64,000 nucleotides of DNA from Chloroflexota bacterium (lineage in GTDB: Bacteria > Chloroflexota > UBA11872 > VXOZ01). The stretch covers positions 128,001-192,000 of the forward strand of contig OZ219801.1 in assembly GCA_964291655.2 (NCBI GenBank). The letters run 5' to 3'. Positions 60,890-64,000 of this stretch are shown in pieces (within the stretch, counting starts at the first letter, position 1; every line of letters begins with the position of its first letter). Position numbers and translations under genes: made by a program. A model generated the notes under the pieces. It saw nothing but the letters and a program-made list of their open reading frames with translations, had not been told where the DNA came from and did not search any database.

Positions 60890-62083
60890 ATGGCATGGGG
60901 ATTCTTGGATAGATTTGTGCGGCCTAAATGGCTGCTCGACCGCATCTTGCTTGTGGCGGAGCGCGTCGCCGAGCGTGACGAGGAAGAGCTGCCCTCGCTC
61001 CTCATCGACACGCTGCGGGAGCATTTTGGCGCGCAGCATGTTTGCATACACTTCGCTGATCCCTGCATCCTACGCACCTCAGCACGGGAGGCCATGGTTG
61101 CGGCGTGTCCTACTGCGTCCGCCAACGCGACAGATGGTGCCACCGGCGGCGCGGAAGCGCCCTTCTGGCAATTCGCCCTCGCGCATGGGAAGGTTGTCAC
61201 CGCTTCCACCACACCCACAGCCATACAGGATGAGCTCCGCCCGCTCCTTCAGGCCGTCGGTGCACGCGATGGCATTGCAATCCCTCTCATCTACCGGGGC
61301 ACAGTCTACGCCGTCGTCAATCTCTACTTCAAACGCACGGTACCCTCTAAGCTTGCAACTGCGGAAAACGTCATGCGGAGCATCCGTTTGCTCGGGAACC
61401 TCGTGTATAGCGTCCTCCAGCAAGAGTACTACGCGAGCGCGTTGCAGGAGGGTGAAGACGTAGTGCTAGCCCTTGCTCAGGCAATAGCCACAAGGGATGG
61501 CTACGACGCGGGCCACGTGCAACGGGTGTCCACTCTCGCGAGCGAGTTGGGAAGAGCGGTGGGCCTGAGCCACGCTGAGCAGATCGCAGTGTGCAAAGGG
61601 GCAATGCTCCGTGACATTGGGAAGCTCTACGTCCCTGACTACCTCCTCCAAAAGCCCGGCCCGCTCGATGCCGCAGAACACGCGTGCGTACGCGAGCATC
61701 CGGTTACGGGTGCGAATATGCTCTTGGACGCCGGCAGCAGCATGGCGCCGTCCAGGGAGTCGCCGGCCATGGTTGTATCCGCCATCCGCAGTCACCACGA
61801 ACGGCTCGACGGCTCCGGCTACCCGGATGGCCTTACAGGGTCGGACGTGCCGGCGCCGGCCCGCATTGTCGCCATAGTCGACGTTTATGCCGCGTTGACT
61901 GCCGATCGTCCCTATCGGGCCGCATTGCCGCAGCCGCGGGCGGTGCAGGCACTCCAAGAGATGGCCGGACCGGGACTCGATGCCGAGTTGGTGTCGCTCT
62001 TCCTCTCCCGTGGCATTCACACCGCCGTTGCGTCCGGACTGTCAGAACAGCTTGAACCGGCGGCGCCACGCGCTGCCTCGTAG
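60890..62083 (+). CDS. GAF-like plus HD-GYP domain protein (HD motif altered to RD)
   Basis: GHVQRV, MLRDIGK, KPGPL, HHERLDGSGYPDGL, DVYAALTADRPYR. Confidence 0.88.
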   Translation: MAWGFLDRFVRPKWLLDRILLVAERVAERDEEELPSLLIDTLREHFGAQHVCIHFADPCILRTSAREAMVAACPTASANATDGATGGAEAPFWQFALAHGKVVTASTTPTAIQDELRPLLQAVGARDGIAIPLIYRGTVYAVVNLYFKRTVPSKLATAENVMRSIRLLGNLVYSVLQQEYYASALQEGEDVVLALAQAIATRDGYDAGHVQRVSTLASELGRAVGLSHAEQIAVCKGAMLRDIGKLYVPDYLLQKPGPLDAAEHACVREHPVTGANMLLDAGSSMAPSRESPAMVVSAIRSHHERLDGSGYPDGLTGSDVPAPARIVAIVDVYAALTADRPYRAALPQPRAVQALQEMAGPGLDAELVSLFLSRGIHTAVASGLSEQLEPAAPRAAS

Positions 62084-62145
62084 TCAGTCCGGTCGTGAGC
62101 TAAGTACGCCAGTGCCTTCCTCACTACCTCGTTTGCACTCCAGTC

Positions 62146-63357
62146 TCACGAGCCATCTGTCGCTCGTCTTGCCTGACGGAATGCCTTGTGTGTCAAGAAC
62201 GGCATGACAATTGCGATTGGCACGAGGCTCAGCATGGCGACACGGAAAGAAAGCGTCTCCGCCACAAATCCCATGGCATATGGTGGGAGAACTCCGCCTG
62301 CGGCAGCGCCAAGCAGGAGCAAAATGGCAACCGTACCTGGCCGGCGGGGAAACCGTTGCAGGGCCAGGGCAAACATGGTGGGAAAGATTGGGGCCACACA
62401 CAAGCCGAGCAGAAAGATCACCACGTATACCACCGGAGCAGTGGGCGCGAGGCCAAGTAAAAGAAATAACGGCACGCTGACGATGAGTGGAATCTGTAGG
62501 GCTTGTTCGGTCGATAGGTGCCGGGCCAGCCACATCATCGCGAGCCGCCCGAGAAAAATCGCACCCCAGAATAAAGAAACAACCGCGGTACTCCGCCCAT
62601 ACGGCTCTTGAAAGACGTCCGTGAGATAAATCACACCCCACCCGATCATCGAGAGCTCTACCCATATATATAGAACCAGCACGGCAGTGACGGCCGCGAT
62701 TACGCCGTTGCGCGCCAAAGGGAGTACGTTGGCGCGGCTGAGTCGCTCGAGGTTCGCCGCCTGCGGGAGACGCACACGCATTGCAAACGGCAAGCTTGCG
62801 AAGCCAAGCACGCCAATGGCAAGCATTGGCAGCCGCCAATTGAAGTCGAGCGACAAACCTATCAAGAGCGGGCTGAGCACGGCGCTAAGTCCAAAGAACA
62901 TGTGCAAGCGATTGAGATCGGCAACACGATTGCCGGAACTTGCGTCTGATGCCGTGACGTTGGTAATTATGTCAATGCAACCTAGCCCCGCTCCGGTAAA
63001 GATCATGAATGCGGCCATCGTGGCCCAGTGCGGCGCGAGACCCCATCCCAGGTACCCAACACCCAGCATCAGACTTGCGCCGATCAAGGCCGGCCGCCGA
63101 CCGTAGCCATCGACTACATATCCCGCAACCATAACCGCCAAGGCAAAACCCAACGTTGCCAGCGGGAATACTATCCCAACGCTTGCGAGACTTAGTGAGA
63201 ACTCGGCCCGCATAGCCGGCAATGAGGGTCCTATAAGATTCCAGCCAAGCCCCATTAGGATGACGAGCGCGTAGTTCAATAAAGTCAGGTGACGAAAGCT
63301 GGGAGTTTCCTCATGGGCGATCCCTGCCTGCAGAGTTGACGAGGCTGGCTTTATCAT
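62146..63357 (-). CDS. MFS transporter
   Basis: About 12 TMs, GYVVDGYGRR motif A, LHMFFGL. Confidence 0.9.
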   Translation of the reverse strand: MIKPASSTLQAGIAHEETPSFRHLTLLNYALVILMGLGWNLIGPSLPAMRAEFSLSLASVGIVFPLATLGFALAVMVAGYVVDGYGRRPALIGASLMLGVGYLGWGLAPHWATMAAFMIFTGAGLGCIDIITNVTASDASSGNRVADLNRLHMFFGLSAVLSPLLIGLSLDFNWRLPMLAIGVLGFASLPFAMRVRLPQAANLERLSRANVLPLARNGVIAAVTAVLVLYIWVELSMIGWGVIYLTDVFQEPYGRSTAVVSLFWGAIFLGRLAMMWLARHLSTEQALQIPLIVSVPLFLLLGLAPTAPVVYVVIFLLGLCVAPIFPTMFALALQRFPRRPGTVAILLLLGAAAGGVLPPYAMGFVAETLSFRVAMLSLVPIAIVMPFLTHKAFRQARRATDGS

Positions 63358-63495
63358 TGCCTGGTGTTTGACGCCTTCTTCTCAGATTGCAGCATGGTAC
63401 ACACGACACGCTTGCCGTAAGTTCCATGTGTCAGCAATACGTGTCGGCTCTGGTCCGCGCTCAGTGTGAGCGCTCATGTCGTTACAACGATAATC

Positions 63496-64000
63496 TCACA
63501 CCCGAAACGCCGCTGCTACCTTCCTAATTGCATCCAGCACGTCATCCAGGTCCTCTTCTTGCAGTGTAGGAAATACCTCCAGCCTAAATGAGCGCTGGCC
63601 GATGTCTTTGGCATTCGGACACTCTACTTGCCCATAGTCAGTGGATTCAAACGGATGATGCGAATTGCCGTAGCCAACCCGGTCCTGGTAGACCGGTTCC
63701 CTATAGAGCTCGGCACTGGTGCCGCGCGCGGCGCGTACACCTTCAGCTTGAACCGCGCGCACGAATTCATCGCGGCTGCAGTTGAACTGCGTCAGGTTCA
63801 GCGTGACGTAGTAGCAATAAAAGGCATGCGCGGATGCCGGTGTTTCCGGCGCGGGACTCAGAACCTCGTCTAGGTCCTCGAGACCGGCAGTGAGATAGTG
63901 TGCATTCGCGCGGCGACGCTGGAGGTGCCAGTCCAGCCGCGCCAGGGCTTTCAACCCAATGGCGCTCTGCATCTCGGTCATGCGGTAGTTGAAACCAACG
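63496..64000 (-). CDS. DegT/DnrJ/EryC1/StrS aminotransferase (5' end outside window)
   Basis: VGFNYRMTEMQSAIG, RRRANA, CPNA, LDAIRKV. Confidence 0.88.
   Translation of the reverse strand, partial: VGFNYRMTEMQSAIGLKALARLDWHLQRRRANAHYLTAGLEDLDEVLSPAPETPASAHAFYCYYVTLNLTQFNCSRDEFVRAVQAEGVRAARGTSAELYREPVYQDRVGYGNSHHPFESTDYGQVECPNAKDIGQRSFRLEVFPTLQEEDLDDVLDAIRKVAAAFRV

Overview
This is a GC-rich bacterial chromosomal segment. The gene set (LysM lipoproteins, Tat-lipoprotein solute-binding protein, many Gfo/Idh/MocA and PhyH paralogues, extended GreA) suggests Chloroflexota, which is an inference. Positions 1-42.5 kb hold mostly core and catabolic genes: split transketolase, acnA, five Gfo/Idh/MocA oxidoreductases, aminotransferase, tRNA-Leu(CAG), greA, radC, lepB, rsmG, nagB, nfeD-SPFH, yyaL, accDA. 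Positions 42.6-58.2 kb are patchier accessory DNA ending at the 3' end of tRNA-Val(GAC). They contain an orphan HEPN-motif protein, an MMPL-LysM fusion, an orphan sensor kinase, a Pro/Thr-rich surface protein, a PLD-nuclease/P-loop ATPase fusion with no adjacent methyltransferase, a lone purC and pseudogenes. The ORF track truncates a likely selenoprotein at 59839-60702 (in-frame UGA in WASWUGC plus a SECIS-like hairpin). GreA carries an N-terminal domain resembling the tyrosine-recombinase core-binding domain. Intergenic regions contain many REP-like palindromes and MITE-like elements. No CRISPR array, rRNA or intact transposase/integrase was seen. All assignments come from motif recognition by eye; no searches were run.
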